Shown here piece by piece: positions 18,896 through 31,323 of a DNA stretch of 64,000 nucleotides. The stretch spans positions 363-64,362 of the forward strand of contig CAZUXR010000002.1 of assembly GCA_964624785.1 (NCBI GenBank), written 5' to 3'. The DNA is from an uncultured Candidatus Saccharibacteria bacterium. Lineage in GTDB: Bacteria > Patescibacteriota > Saccharimonadia > Saccharimonadales > UBA10212. Numbering within the stretch: position 1 is the first letter of the stretch; every line of letters starts with the position of its first letter. The notes beneath the pieces were generated by a model that was not told where the DNA came from, ran no database searches, and saw nothing but the letters and a program-made list of their open reading frames with translations. A program made the translations under genes and the position numbers.

Positions 18896-20035
18896 ATGAA
18901 GAAAATATATATGGACTACGCTGCAGCAACCCCGATGAACAAGCGCGTTGTGGCTGCCATGAAACCCTATTTTAGCGAGCAGTTTTATAACCCGTCCGCA
19001 ACCTATTTAGACGGCCGGGCTGCCAAGCGGTCGCTAGAAGAGGCTCATGGAGTGATCGCTAGTTGGTTAGGCTCAAGACCTTCAGAAATAACTTTCACAG
19101 CAGGCGGAACAGAAGCTAACAACCTAGCTATTCAAGGTGTAATGCGAGCTTATCCAGACGGGGAATTATTGGTAAGCGCCGTGGAGCATGATTCGGTTTT
19201 GGCTCCGGCAAAATTATTTAAGCACAAACAAATTCCGGTAGATGCTCGGGGTATTGTAGATCTAAAAAAATTAGAAAGTATGATTACGCCGTCCACTGTC
19301 ATGGTAAGTGTAATGCAAGTTAATAACGAACTTGGTTCCGTTCAGCCTATAAGAGAAATTTCTAATATCCTTGGCAAAATAAAAAGCGACCGCAAGAGGC
19401 GAGCAAATGCGACGCCGCTCTACTTGCACACAGATGCAGCGCAGGCAGCTAATTTTTTTGATTTGCACATCAGCCGTCTTGGCGTAGATTTACTTAGCTT
19501 AAATGGCGGTAAAATATACGGCCCGAAGCAGACCGGCGCGCTTTATGTAAAAGCCGGCATTGTGCTGCAACCGCTTATCTTGGGCGGCGGCCAGGAACAA
19601 TCTTTGCGCAGTGGTACACAGAATGTAGCAGGGGCGGTCGGACTAGCTAAAGCGCTTGATATAGCTCAAAAAAGCAAAGCCACAGAGGCTGAAAGGCTAA
19701 GAAAACTGCGCAACCTATTTATTGATCTGTTAGAAAAAAATCTCCCAAAAAGCATTATTAACGGATCTACAAAACATTTTTCCCCACATTTGCTGCATAT
19801 TTCGTTTGGGGGGCAGGATAATGAGCGGTTGATGATGCAGCTGGACGAAGCTGGCGTAATGGTGGCTGTGGGCAGCGCATGTAGTGCAAGTTCTAACGAA
19901 CCGTCGCATGTGCTTAAAGCAATTGGCATGAGCGACGAGCAAGCAAGATCAAGCCTGAGATTCAGTTTTGGTAGAAACACTAGCGCTAAAGATATCAAAC
20001 GAACAGTATCACTCCTACAAAAATTTTGTAATTAA
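18896..20035 (+). CDS. Cysteine desulfurase (class V aminotransferase, NifS/IscS-like)
   Basis: YMDYAAATP, a PLP Lys region, and an active-site Cys loop (GSACSA). Confidence 0.85.
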   Translation: MKKIYMDYAAATPMNKRVVAAMKPYFSEQFYNPSATYLDGRAAKRSLEEAHGVIASWLGSRPSEITFTAGGTEANNLAIQGVMRAYPDGELLVSAVEHDSVLAPAKLFKHKQIPVDARGIVDLKKLESMITPSTVMVSVMQVNNELGSVQPIREISNILGKIKSDRKRRANATPLYLHTDAAQAANFFDLHISRLGVDLLSLNGGKIYGPKQTGALYVKAGIVLQPLILGGGQEQSLRSGTQNVAGAVGLAKALDIAQKSKATEAERLRKLRNLFIDLLEKNLPKSIINGSTKHFSPHLLHISFGGQDNERLMMQLDEAGVMVAVGSACSASSNEPSHVLKAIGMSDEQARSSLRFSFGRNTSAKDIKRTVSLLQKFCN

Positions 20036-20075
20036 CTTATAAATAACTATTTTTGCGTTATACTAAAGCTTATAT

Positions 20076-20864
20076 ATGAAGCGGCGGCTAGGTTTACTTT
20101 TACTGATTGTCTCCACGGTTATCGGCCTTGGTTCGGTAGCTAACGCCGACACCATAGTTCGCGGCTTTAAATCACACGGCACGTTGCAGCCAGGAATAGT
20201 AGTCGCGCTGGATAAAAGTGGTTCCGACACCGTTACTCCGGCATCTGCCGATCAGTTAGAAGAAATATACGGAGTAGTTATTGACCCCAACAAAGCTCCT
20301 GCCACAATCCGCCAAACCGGCGAGCAGGTTTTTGTGGCGTCTACAGGGGTATATCCGGTACTTGTAAGCGCCCAGGCTGGCAACATTAGCCCCGGTGACT
20401 ACATATCGTTATCTTCTACCAATGGAATCGGCGCTAAAGCTTCCGACAAACAGTCGACTGTTTTGGGGCGAGCATTAGAGGCATTCGATGGTAAGACGGG
20501 TGCAATAACGACTGGCGCAGATGGTTCCGCTATCGGCCAGGTGGCCGTGAACATCGTTCCAGGCAAAAACCCGCTAGCAAAAGGCGATGTTGCTATTCCA
20601 CAACCCCTTAAGCGGATAGGCGAGGCAATAGCGGGCAAAAATGTCTCTGCTATCAGAATTTACGCATCGTTTGCCGTATTTACCATCACGGCGATCATTG
20701 CAATGGGTGTGCTGTGGATTGGGATAAAAAGCGGCATGATTGCCATTGGGCGTAATCCCTTGAGTCGCAATTCAATCATAAAAAGTTTAATACAGGTAGT
20801 CTCTGTCGCAGTTTTGGTTTTCGCAATTGGCCTTTTTGCGGTATATTTACTACTGAAGCTATAA
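20076..20864 (+). CDS. Hypothetical secreted protein with C-terminal two-helix membrane hairpin
   Basis: A signal peptide, a ~180-aa Gly/Ala/Ser-rich domain, then a helix-RNP-helix hairpin (IAMGVLWIGIKSGMIAIGRNPLS...VSVAVLVFAIGLFAVYLLL). It sits directly upstream of atpF. Confidence 0.5.
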   Translation: MKRRLGLLLLIVSTVIGLGSVANADTIVRGFKSHGTLQPGIVVALDKSGSDTVTPASADQLEEIYGVVIDPNKAPATIRQTGEQVFVASTGVYPVLVSAQAGNISPGDYISLSSTNGIGAKASDKQSTVLGRALEAFDGKTGAITTGADGSAIGQVAVNIVPGKNPLAKGDVAIPQPLKRIGEAIAGKNVSAIRIYASFAVFTITAIIAMGVLWIGIKSGMIAIGRNPLSRNSIIKSLIQVVSVAVLVFAIGLFAVYLLLKL

Positions 20865-20877
20865 GGATAAGAGGATT

Positions 20878-21507
20878 ATGAATACGGGTGGGTTGGTACT
20901 AGTTATAGGATCGTTAACCGCGGCAACAGCGGCTTTCATGTGGTTAGCATGGAAGATCGGTGGCAACAAAAACGCTAAGCATTCAAAGGCAAAATCCGGC
21001 TTGAGTCTGGAAAAATCTGCCGACCAAGATGTAGAACATATATTTAACGATGAATTCCGTGAAGAGCTTCGCAACCGCGGTCGCCTGCACTTTGAAAAAA
21101 TTATTGGCGAAAACGCTATGTTCTTACAACAGGATCTTCGCCAAACTACCAGCCAACTTAACGAGTATATGCGCTCAGAAATTACCCGCACACTGCAAGA
21201 TGAATTTAAAAAATACGAACAATCAATCACAGATGCTAAGCAAATAGCGCTTGGTTCTATCGAAAAGACCATAACCACCATCGACCAACAGCGGGAATTT
21301 ATGGAGCGGCAAATGCAAACACAGGCCGAAAATCAAAAGGTCCGGATTATTGCTAGGTTCGAAGAAGAAATGGCCGGCATTATTAACCACTATGTACTGC
21401 GGGCAATCGGCAACCAAATAGACGTATCTGACCAACTGGAGTATATCCTTGCCGAACTGGAATCCAACAAAAGCGCCATAATCGAGGACGTTAAGCGTGG
21501 AACTTAA
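20878..21507 (+). CDS. atpF: F0F1 ATP synthase subunit b (divergent)
   Basis: An N-terminal TM plus a long charged helix, located before delta/alpha. Assignment rests on operon position and architecture. Confidence 0.55.
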   Translation: MNTGGLVLVIGSLTAATAAFMWLAWKIGGNKNAKHSKAKSGLSLEKSADQDVEHIFNDEFREELRNRGRLHFEKIIGENAMFLQQDLRQTTSQLNEYMRSEITRTLQDEFKKYEQSITDAKQIALGSIEKTITTIDQQREFMERQMQTQAENQKVRIIARFEEEMAGIINHYVLRAIGNQIDVSDQLEYILAELESNKSAIIEDVKRGT

Positions 21508-22012
21508 ACTACCCGCATCTGTAATTAGTCAGATCGATGTTGCTCGCATTTTGCGCGAACTCAATAATTTGAACGATTTTTTTGTAAGTTCCAAGGTTCG
21601 AGTCAGTGGCACGCCTGTGCAGCCGCCGCGACTGAGTCGTTCGTTGGACCTGCTAGCAAGTGATAATAAATGTAACTTGCTAGACGAAAACGACCGCAGG
21701 CAGCTAACCGCTTATCTCAATGTGATATTAGGGCGGGCGCCGCTGCTGCACATAAGTTTTGCGGTCGAGCCTTCGCCCAAAAGCGTAGAAAGAATTTTGA
21801 CGTGGTTTAGGCAAAATATTCATGCCCAAGCACTTCTGCAGGTTGGTTTGCAGCCTTCTATTGCTGCGGGTTGTGTTTTGCGTACACCCAATAAATTCTT
21901 TGATATGAGTATGCGCGCTAACTTAAAACAGCAAGAACCCTACTTGGTTAAATTAATTGCAAGCGCAGCTAGCCGTGGAACTGATTCAGCAAGGAAGGCT
22001 GCCGCCGCATGA
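21497..22012 (+). CDS. atpH: F0F1 ATP synthase subunit delta (divergent)
   Basis: GTG start overlapping atpF. The C-terminal LQVGLQPSIAAGCVLRTP...MSMRANL resembles the delta DPSLIGG...DGSV...L motif. The N-terminal half is divergent. Confidence 0.5.
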   Translation: MELKLPASVISQIDVARILRELNNLNDFFVSSKVRVSGTPVQPPRLSRSLDLLASDNKCNLLDENDRRQLTAYLNVILGRAPLLHISFAVEPSPKSVERILTWFRQNIHAQALLQVGLQPSIAAGCVLRTPNKFFDMSMRANLKQQEPYLVKLIASAASRGTDSARKAAAA

Positions 22013-22168
22013 ATACACTGAACTCATCCCAACTCTCCTCATTACTGCAAAATCCCCTGGCGGCACCAGCCGCCGGTTTTGTTCGTCAATATAACTATGG
22101 TTACACTTCCTCACAAGAACCAGCAGCTGGCACTCACCAGGTAGTTTTTTGCTATAGCGGGGAGAATT
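22009..22168 (+). CDS. Possible 53-aa small ORF filling the atpH-atpA gap
   Basis: Its ATG overlaps the atpH stop (ATGA), and its stop lies 3 nt before the atpA ATG. No similarity recognised. Confidence 0.2.
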
Positions 22169-22171
22169 GAA

Positions 22172-23603
22172 ATGGGTTCAGAGGCAAAACAGCATTTTCA
22201 GCGCTTTGTAGAATCCGGTCAACCAGTCGGCGAAGTGGTGGCAATAAACAGCTTTTTAGTAGAAGCGCGTGGGCTTCAGCCTGTTAATGTCCATGCGCTA
22301 GTTATTTTTGAAGACGGCAGCAAGGGTTTTGTTCAGCATATTTTAGAAGACAAAGTCGTAATCTTGCACCTTGGTGCCGGCGGGCTGCGGGTTGGGATGG
22401 TAGTGGTGTTGCATATGGAAAAGCTTGTTACTAGTGTCGGCAAAGATTTTGTAGGCAGAGTCATATCGGTCACCGGCGATCCTTTGGATGGCAAAGGCGC
22501 TATTGCCGGTGATGCCTCTTGGCCGATATTTAACGAAGCGCCGCCAATTTATGAACGCGAACTTCTAAACGATCAGCTAGAAACAGGCGTAACAATGCTT
22601 GATACTTTGTTCCCGATTGTCCGCGGTCAGCGTTTGGCGTTGCTCGGCGACAGTAAGTCAGGCAAATCTACACTTGCTACTCAAATTGCCATCAACCAAC
22701 GCACCACCGATCAGATTGTTGTCTATGTGTTGATTGCTAAAAAACGTAGCGATATCGACATATTATTGACTCGGCTAGAAGAAAACGACGCTCTGGATAA
22801 GGCGATTGTAGTCGTTTCTACTGTCTTTGAATCTTTGGCGGTGAGTTATTTAGCGCCGTATGTTGGCTGTGCATTGGCCGAATATTTATGGCAGGTGGCG
22901 GGCGTTGATACGATCGTGGTCTACGACGATCTAACCGCCCACGCCCAAATTTACCGCGAAATTGCTTTAATATCCGGTACAACCCCGGGTCGTGATTCTT
23001 ACCCGGGCGATATGTTCCACGCGCATTCGTCTTTGCTTGAACGTGCCGGTAGGCTCAAGAAAAATAAAAAATGCCTAACAGCTATTCCGCTGGCTTTGGC
23101 TTACGGTGGTGACATTACAGCCTATTTACCGACCAACCTAATGTCTATAACCGACGGGCAGTGGATTTTGGATATGGAGATATTTAGGCAAGGGTTGCGT
23201 CCGGCAATCAACGCGGGCTTAAGCGTTACGCGTGTAGGTGGGCGCGGGCATAACGACCGGCAAAAAAGGCAAAACAGCCAGACACTTAAGGCGCTAATTG
23301 GTTATGCTCAGGCTTCGGAATTCGCGCACTTTGGTTCGGAACTTGCCCTGAATACCAAGCAAGATATAACGCTTGGCGAACTGTTATATACTTTGCTGAC
23401 CCAAATTCCCGGGGAAACCTACAGTCTAATGGCTCAGCAGATGATGCTGGATATTATCCTGGCGTTGCCGACCAACGGCACGGTAGATATTGCTAAGCTT
23501 AAGGACGTTGTAATACAGGCCGCTCCAATGGCTAAGAGTGATGCCGATTACGACAATGTCCTGATGGAACTTAAAAGGCAAGTAAGTACAGAGGTAAAAG
23601 CAG

Positions 23604-23617
<14 letters not shown>
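22172..23617 (+). CDS. atpA: F0F1 ATP synthase subunit alpha (divergent P-loop GDSKSGKST)
   Basis: Aligns along its length with alpha ([40 protein letters not shown]). Confidence 0.85.
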
Positions 23618-26025
<2,408 letters not shown>

Positions 26026-26101
26026 CCATCTAGACATCTAACCCAACCACCCAAAATTATCACTAATTCATGCGGCCGCACCAAAGTGTTATAATTGTGG
26101 G

Positions 26102-26692
26102 ATGAAGATGGATCAGAGGGCCAAGGATAATACGGCAGCAGTTATAGATGGGATTTTAAAGTTTGTGGCTGTTGGTGGTTTTGTAACCACAGCCTTGGTG
26201 TTGCAAAATTCCGCTCAGATGTTCGATAAGCCGCTGGACAAAATGCTAAAGATTATGGATAAACGTCAGCAGGAGCGAGAGTTACGCCGGATTATTTATT
26301 ACATGAAGCAAAAAGGCCTTGTAAGATATCAAGCGGGTGATTACGAACACGGCATACAGCTTACCCAAAATGGCAAGCAGCGCTTAAAAAAAGCAAACTT
26401 CGTTGATTTACAAATCCCCAAGCCGTCAAAATGGGATGGCCAGTGGCGACTGGTGTTTTTTGATATACCCGAGACATCAAAGAAAAAGCGCGATTACCTG
26501 ACTTTCAAACTAAAAGAGTTAGGGTTTAAGATGTTGCAGCAAAGTATATGGGTGCATCCTTTTTCTTGTCGCCCCGAGATAGAAATGGTTGGCGAATTTC
26601 TGGGCGTTCGCCGCTATATCAGTTATGTCGAAATAAACCAAATAGACTCCGAGCACATTCTGCGAGAAAGATTTAAAAACCTAATAAACTAA
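26102..26692 (+). CDS. PaaX-family-like transcriptional regulator (wHTH plus PaaX C-terminal-like domain)
   Basis: KWDGQWRLVFFDIPE...KRDYLTFKLKELGFKMLQQSIWVHP parallels the PaaX motif WDGKW..L...K.L...GFG.L..S. Leaderless, with TATAAT 6 nt before the ATG. Confidence 0.55.
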   Translation: MKMDQRAKDNTAAVIDGILKFVAVGGFVTTALVLQNSAQMFDKPLDKMLKIMDKRQQERELRRIIYYMKQKGLVRYQAGDYEHGIQLTQNGKQRLKKANFVDLQIPKPSKWDGQWRLVFFDIPETSKKKRDYLTFKLKELGFKMLQQSIWVHPFSCRPEIEMVGEFLGVRRYISYVEINQIDSEHILRERFKNLIN

Positions 26693-26699
26693 GCACTCT

Positions 26700-27713
26700 C
26701 TAATTGATGATAATATAGTCAAAGATGTAGGTTGTGGCGGCGGTGGGCGGTGTGGCGGTGCAGATGCTCATGCTGCTATTTGTCCTATTGGTGTAATAGT
26801 TTAAAAGTCCAGCACTAGAATTGCTGGGGCTAACTACGGCGTGCGGCACACCGCTAAAAGCTCGCACGAAATTTATAGTCACAAAACACCCGGCTGGCGG
26901 GCTGCCACCGGTATTTATGGTTACAGTTCCGGCAGTGTCGCCGCCACTAACAGATACGGTGCCGCCGCCGCCAACCGCAGATCCTGCTGTGCGTCCAGGT
27001 GTGCCGCCGCCAGCAGTCAAGTGCCGGTTTATAACTAAGTCGCCCGAAAGTTGCAAGTTAGATACATTTAACACCCCGGCAGACAAAGACCCATTGATAG
27101 TCGCGGACCCAGCTACGGTGAGGTTCTTCTGCACATTTAGCTGCCCTTGCAAGTTGGTTGTGCCATTAACCGACAAGCTATCCGTAACTTGAATTTGCCC
27201 AAAACTGCTAGACCCACCAACCGTTATCGCTGGCAAAGACAAAGTTCCGCCAACTTTTATAGACCCGGCTACATCCAAATTATTACGCATCAATACCTGG
27301 CCTTCAAATACAGAGTTACCTTGTATGTCCAGTACGCCCTGTGCATCGCCCACAATCGTTGTGCTGCCTTTTAAAGCCGCTAGTTGCTTATCGGTCAGCG
27401 ACTGGGTTTTTTGCTGTTTAACTGTCGTGTCTTTTTTTGCGGCTTTGGACGCGGCATAAACCATCCCGGCAACGATTAATATTAGGACTACAAAAACCAC
27501 AAGGTAAAAGTTGCCAAAATTCTTGATACGCTTTAGCAAACCCGGGTGTTTTGGGGCGTCTTCTGTATTTTTGGTTTTGGGTTCTTTTTCTGCCTTGGGG
27601 TCGCTGGGCACGTTACTGTCTGGCTGACTTTCTTGCTCCCCACCGTTAGATGGCTCGACAATTGTCGAACTTTCTTCTAGCGACTGCTCTTCTAGCGACT
27701 TATTTTCTTCCAT
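26700..27713 (-). CDS. Hypothetical membrane-anchored protein with beta-solenoid-like repeats
   Basis: An acidic N-terminus, one TM, then repeated L.V.G...V.G.L.V units (LDIQGNSVFEGQVL..., LSVNGTTNLQGQLNVQKNLTVAGSATINGSL...). Confidence 0.5.
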   Translation of the reverse strand: MEENKSLEEQSLEESSTIVEPSNGGEQESQPDSNVPSDPKAEKEPKTKNTEDAPKHPGLLKRIKNFGNFYLVVFVVLILIVAGMVYAASKAAKKDTTVKQQKTQSLTDKQLAALKGSTTIVGDAQGVLDIQGNSVFEGQVLMRNNLDVAGSIKVGGTLSLPAITVGGSSSFGQIQVTDSLSVNGTTNLQGQLNVQKNLTVAGSATINGSLSAGVLNVSNLQLSGDLVINRHLTAGGGTPGRTAGSAVGGGGTVSVSGGDTAGTVTINTGGSPPAGCFVTINFVRAFSGVPHAVVSPSNSSAGLLNYYTNRTNSSMSICTATPPTAATTYIFDYIIIN

Positions 27714-27789
27714 AACTACTGCATAAATAATATACGAACCAAGCTATAAAGCGTAATCATTAATGACTATTATTGATATAATAACAAGC

Positions 27790-28527
27790 ATGAGGGGTTT
27801 ATTGGCGAGTTTGGCATTATTAGCAGTGGCGGTTTTTTTGCCAGCAGGCGAAGCCTACGCACAGTACACGTCCCCCAGCTACAAAGTCAACGAGGCATTT
27901 TTTGGAGTCGGCGGCGAACTAAGCGACGCTTCTGCCAACTACCAGGCAAAAATCGCCTTGGGCGAACTTGGCATAGATCATTCATCTAGCGCCAACTTCC
28001 AGGTTTATTCCGGATTCAACACCACTGACAGGCCCTTGCTAGAAGTTGCCGTAACCGGTGGCACCTTTGATTTTGGTCAGCTTAGCTCTACTACGGTGTC
28101 GGCAATAACTACTGTTTTTACAGTGCGGAACTACCTATCTAGCGGCTACACCGTGCGCTTAGGTGGCACCCCACCAAAGAACAGCGGCACAAGTTATACA
28201 CTAAGCAACATGAGCAGTTCTAGCGCCTCTGCCCCAGGCACGGAACAGTTTGGTGTTAACCTGGCAGCTAACACTCTGACTGGTCCGGGTACCTTTGGCG
28301 CCGTGCCCGCTCAGGTGCCGGATTCCACATTCGGTTTTGGTGTGGCAAATGCCGGGTACAATACCACCAACCTATTTAAATATGTAGAAAACGACCCCTT
28401 CGCCAGCAGCCCAAAAAGTAGCGGCACAACTCAGTACACCATGTCGGCAATAGCCAATATTAGCAAAACTACCCCGGGGGGCAGTTACGGAACGTCCCTA
28501 TTTGTTAACGTCCTCCCCACGTTTTAA
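27790..28527 (+). CDS. Secreted Ser/Thr/Gly-rich beta-rich protein (paralog family A-1)
   Basis: Sec signal peptide (MRGLLASLALLAVAVFLPAGEAYA). The C-terminal strand ends ...TSLFVNVLPTF. Paralogous to the 28951 and 30302 genes. Confidence 0.5.
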   Translation: MRGLLASLALLAVAVFLPAGEAYAQYTSPSYKVNEAFFGVGGELSDASANYQAKIALGELGIDHSSSANFQVYSGFNTTDRPLLEVAVTGGTFDFGQLSSTTVSAITTVFTVRNYLSSGYTVRLGGTPPKNSGTSYTLSNMSSSSASAPGTEQFGVNLAANTLTGPGTFGAVPAQVPDSTFGFGVANAGYNTTNLFKYVENDPFASSPKSSGTTQYTMSAIANISKTTPGGSYGTSLFVNVLPTF

Positions 28528-28604
28528 GTCCAGTTAATCCGAATTTCTAAATCCTAAACAAAACTTCAAATCATAAGTTTTAAAATCCAAACTTTTCCGA
28601 GCTA

Positions 28605-28774
28605 AGAGCTAATCCACATCTATCCGTTGATAGCGAATCTCAAGCAGCTGCCATGATTTGTCATTTGTTTTCTCGGCTTTTGGTCGTAGCCATAGCTACG
28701 AACCGAAAATGAAAAACAGATGGCAAGTGGCAGACCTTGGGATTCTAGCCGACAGATAGATGTGGATTAGCTCT
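28605..28774. repeat. 170-bp palindromic element with 20-bp perfect terminal inverted repeats
   Basis: AGAGCTAATCCACATCTATC (28605-24) and its exact reverse complement (28755-74). The arms are imperfectly palindromic throughout, with a central GGTCGTAGCCATAGCTACGAACC palindrome. Confidence 0.6.
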
Positions 28775-28950
28775 AAGGCTGTTTGAAAATTAGAATTTAT
28801 AGTTTGGATCCCGCCGAACCGTTTACAGTGAGCCTGTCGAACTGTGGATAACTTGCCTATAAAATTATTAGATTATGCTTGCGTTTAATATACATTTAAT
28901 GCTACGATCGGTTTGAGTAATAAAAATAAACGTTTTAAAGAGTAAAAAAT

Positions 28951-30261
28951 ATGAATAAAATTATTGATTTATCTAAGCGCGCTTCATCATTATTCGCAGC
29001 AATCCTGTTGGTGGTAGGCGTATCGATCCCTGTATTTGTGCCACAACAAGCCCACGCCGCCCAATTAACTTCGCGCAAATTGTCGCTTAGTTCTTCTGCG
29101 AATGGCAGCATAAGCACAGACGCCGGCGGTAATGCCGTCACGGCTGGAGCGGGCGGTAACGGTACTAAAGCCCAGCATGTAGTGACTTTTACTATGGCTT
29201 CCTCGGGCGCTACAGTTGGCTCGATAGTAATTATGTATTGTACTAGCCCGATAGCTCAAACTACTTGTACAACTCCTACTGGATTAAACGCCGCGAACCT
29301 GACTAGTGCTACGGTGGCCGGACTTACTGGGGCCGGCGGATTCGCTCTAGATACAACCACAGCTAACACCTCATTAGCGCCAGCGGCAATGGGTGTTTGT
29401 AACGGTGCTGGTACTACCAGAACTAACTGTGTAGCGGTAAAGCACGCGAGCGGCCAGGTTCAAACTGCTACACCAACAGCAACGATTACTTATGGTGGCG
29501 GATCAAGCAACTATATTACCAACCCAACCACAGATAACTACAGCTTCTATGCACGTATAGCAGTATTTTCCGACACAGCCTTCACTACCCAAGTTGACTA
29601 CGGCGGAGTAGCGGCTTCTACCGCTCAGCAGATCGACATTACGGCTAAGGTACAAGAAGTTTTAAACTTCTCTGTAGGTTCAACCGTTACTGCCCCCAGT
29701 ACGACTTGCGTACCATTTAGTGATACTGGTGCGCTAACACTTGGTGATGCAAATGGGGTATTGAGTACTAGTACCGCATTCGATAATCACTCATACTTTA
29801 GAGTCAATACCAACACTTTAAATGGTACGGTTGTGTATTATTCCGGCGATACGCTTAAGAGTGGCTCCAACTCTATAACTTCTGTCGGTCTTGGCGGCGG
29901 CGGCGGAGTTAACGGTGTAAGTAGCACGCCTGGTACTTCACAGTTTGGCTTGGCCCTTGACTCTAGCGACACACAGAGTGGCAGCGGCTACAGTTTTACT
30001 AATCTTGCAGCTAACGATGGAACCAACATAGCATCACACCTATTCAAGTATAGTGCTGGAAACGGAACAATAACCACCGCCGGTACAGCAAAATTCCAAT
30101 TTGATACTGCTAGCACTACCACTCCTAGGCCAATAGCATTTTCAACCGGGGGAATAACTTGTGACACCGGCTCAGTACGCTACTTGGGCAACATCAGCAC
30201 AGCAACCGTAGCCGGCATTTACACCACTACAATAACCTACATAGCCACCGGCACTTACTAG
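28951..30261 (+). CDS. Secreted Ser/Thr/Gly-rich beta-rich protein (paralog family A-2)
   Basis: A signal peptide, a 400-aa T/S/G/N-rich sequence with no Trp, and a C-terminal ...TTTITYIATGTY. Confidence 0.55.
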   Translation: MNKIIDLSKRASSLFAAILLVVGVSIPVFVPQQAHAAQLTSRKLSLSSSANGSISTDAGGNAVTAGAGGNGTKAQHVVTFTMASSGATVGSIVIMYCTSPIAQTTCTTPTGLNAANLTSATVAGLTGAGGFALDTTTANTSLAPAAMGVCNGAGTTRTNCVAVKHASGQVQTATPTATITYGGGSSNYITNPTTDNYSFYARIAVFSDTAFTTQVDYGGVAASTAQQIDITAKVQEVLNFSVGSTVTAPSTTCVPFSDTGALTLGDANGVLSTSTAFDNHSYFRVNTNTLNGTVVYYSGDTLKSGSNSITSVGLGGGGGVNGVSSTPGTSQFGLALDSSDTQSGSGYSFTNLAANDGTNIASHLFKYSAGNGTITTAGTAKFQFDTASTTTPRPIAFSTGGITCDTGSVRYLGNISTATVAGIYTTTITYIATGTY

Positions 30262-30301
30262 AGTCGTATCAACAAATCCTGTTTTCCGTTATGCTTATTG
30301 T

Positions 30302-31321
30302 ATGAGTTTAAAGTTAACATTGCCAATTGTCTTATTTGTAGCTTGGTTATGTTTGAGCGCGCAATCTGTAGTTAGTGCGGTGTATTTGCCGCAGCGTAGT
30401 TTGGATATTAGGAGTTCTACGGCCAGTGTTACTACCCAGCATACTGTAAGCTTTACTTTTCCGGGCAGTGCCAGCGTGGGGTCAATTAAGTTCGAATATT
30501 GCGACAGCCCACTAGAGGTGCTGTCCTGTGTTGCTCCGCCGGGCGTGGACGCTGCCGCAGCCGTATTGACTGCCCAGTCTGGCGAAACGGGCTTTAGTGT
30601 ATTATCTCAAACATCAAACGAAGTCGTGCTAACCCGCGTGCCAGCTGCCACGGGGTCTCAACTTAATTCTTACACCTTAAACGGCGTAAAAAACCCCAGC
30701 AATATAGGATCGTTTTATTTGCGCATAAGTTCTTATGCCAGCATCAACGCCACCGGACCCAGCATAGACTTTGGCGGTACCGTTGGCGCTATAACCCAGG
30801 GCATTAGCATTAATACAGAGGTCCCGCCTATTCTGGAATTTTGCGCAGCCGTGAGCATAACCTCTACTTGCGCGTCGGCCAGCGGCAATTTTGTAAATTT
30901 GGGCACGTTTAGTTCTAATTCTACGGCTACTGGCACAACTCAATTTTTAGTTGGCACGAACGCCAACTTTGGTTACGTGGTAACGCTTAATGGTAACACT
31001 TTAACTTCTGGTAACGATGTTATTGCGGCACTTAGCACGTCTGGCTCAAGCCAAAAAGGTCAATCGCAATTTGGTATGAATTTGCGGGCAAATTCTAATC
31101 CGCCGGTGGGTTCTGACCCGGCTGGCGGCAGCGGCAGCCCCACCGCAAATTACGGTACGCCGAACATCTTTAGATTTAATAACGGAGAAATCGTGGCTAG
31201 CAATTCTACCGTGTCGGATATTCAAATATATACGGCAAGCTATATTGTGAATATAGGCGGCGGCCAAGCGCCCGGAGTATATAACACTACACTAACCTAT
31301 GTAGCAACAGCCACTTTTTAG
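30302..31321 (+). CDS. Secreted Ser/Thr/Gly-rich beta-rich protein (paralog family A-3)
   Basis: A signal peptide, shared internal motifs (QFG.NL.AN, NTT.TY.AT.TF), and a C-terminal ...TTLTYVATATF. Confidence 0.55.
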   Translation: MSLKLTLPIVLFVAWLCLSAQSVVSAVYLPQRSLDIRSSTASVTTQHTVSFTFPGSASVGSIKFEYCDSPLEVLSCVAPPGVDAAAAVLTAQSGETGFSVLSQTSNEVVLTRVPAATGSQLNSYTLNGVKNPSNIGSFYLRISSYASINATGPSIDFGGTVGAITQGISINTEVPPILEFCAAVSITSTCASASGNFVNLGTFSSNSTATGTTQFLVGTNANFGYVVTLNGNTLTSGNDVIAALSTSGSSQKGQSQFGMNLRANSNPPVGSDPAGGSGSPTANYGTPNIFRFNNGEIVASNSTVSDIQIYTASYIVNIGGGQAPGVYNTTLTYVATATF

Positions 31322-31323
31322 AC

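Noticed and set aside
20076-20864. Calling the 262-aa protein ATP synthase subunit c
   Set aside because: The helix-RNP-helix hairpin resembles subunit c, but helix 2 lacks any Asp/Glu and there is a large N-terminal secreted domain. It is kept as hypothetical.
26102-26692. PaaX-like proteins as Cas2
   Set aside because: The motif matches PaaX (WDGKW...GFG.L..S) better, the proteins carry N-terminal wHTH domains, and there is no CRISPR array or cas1 in the window.
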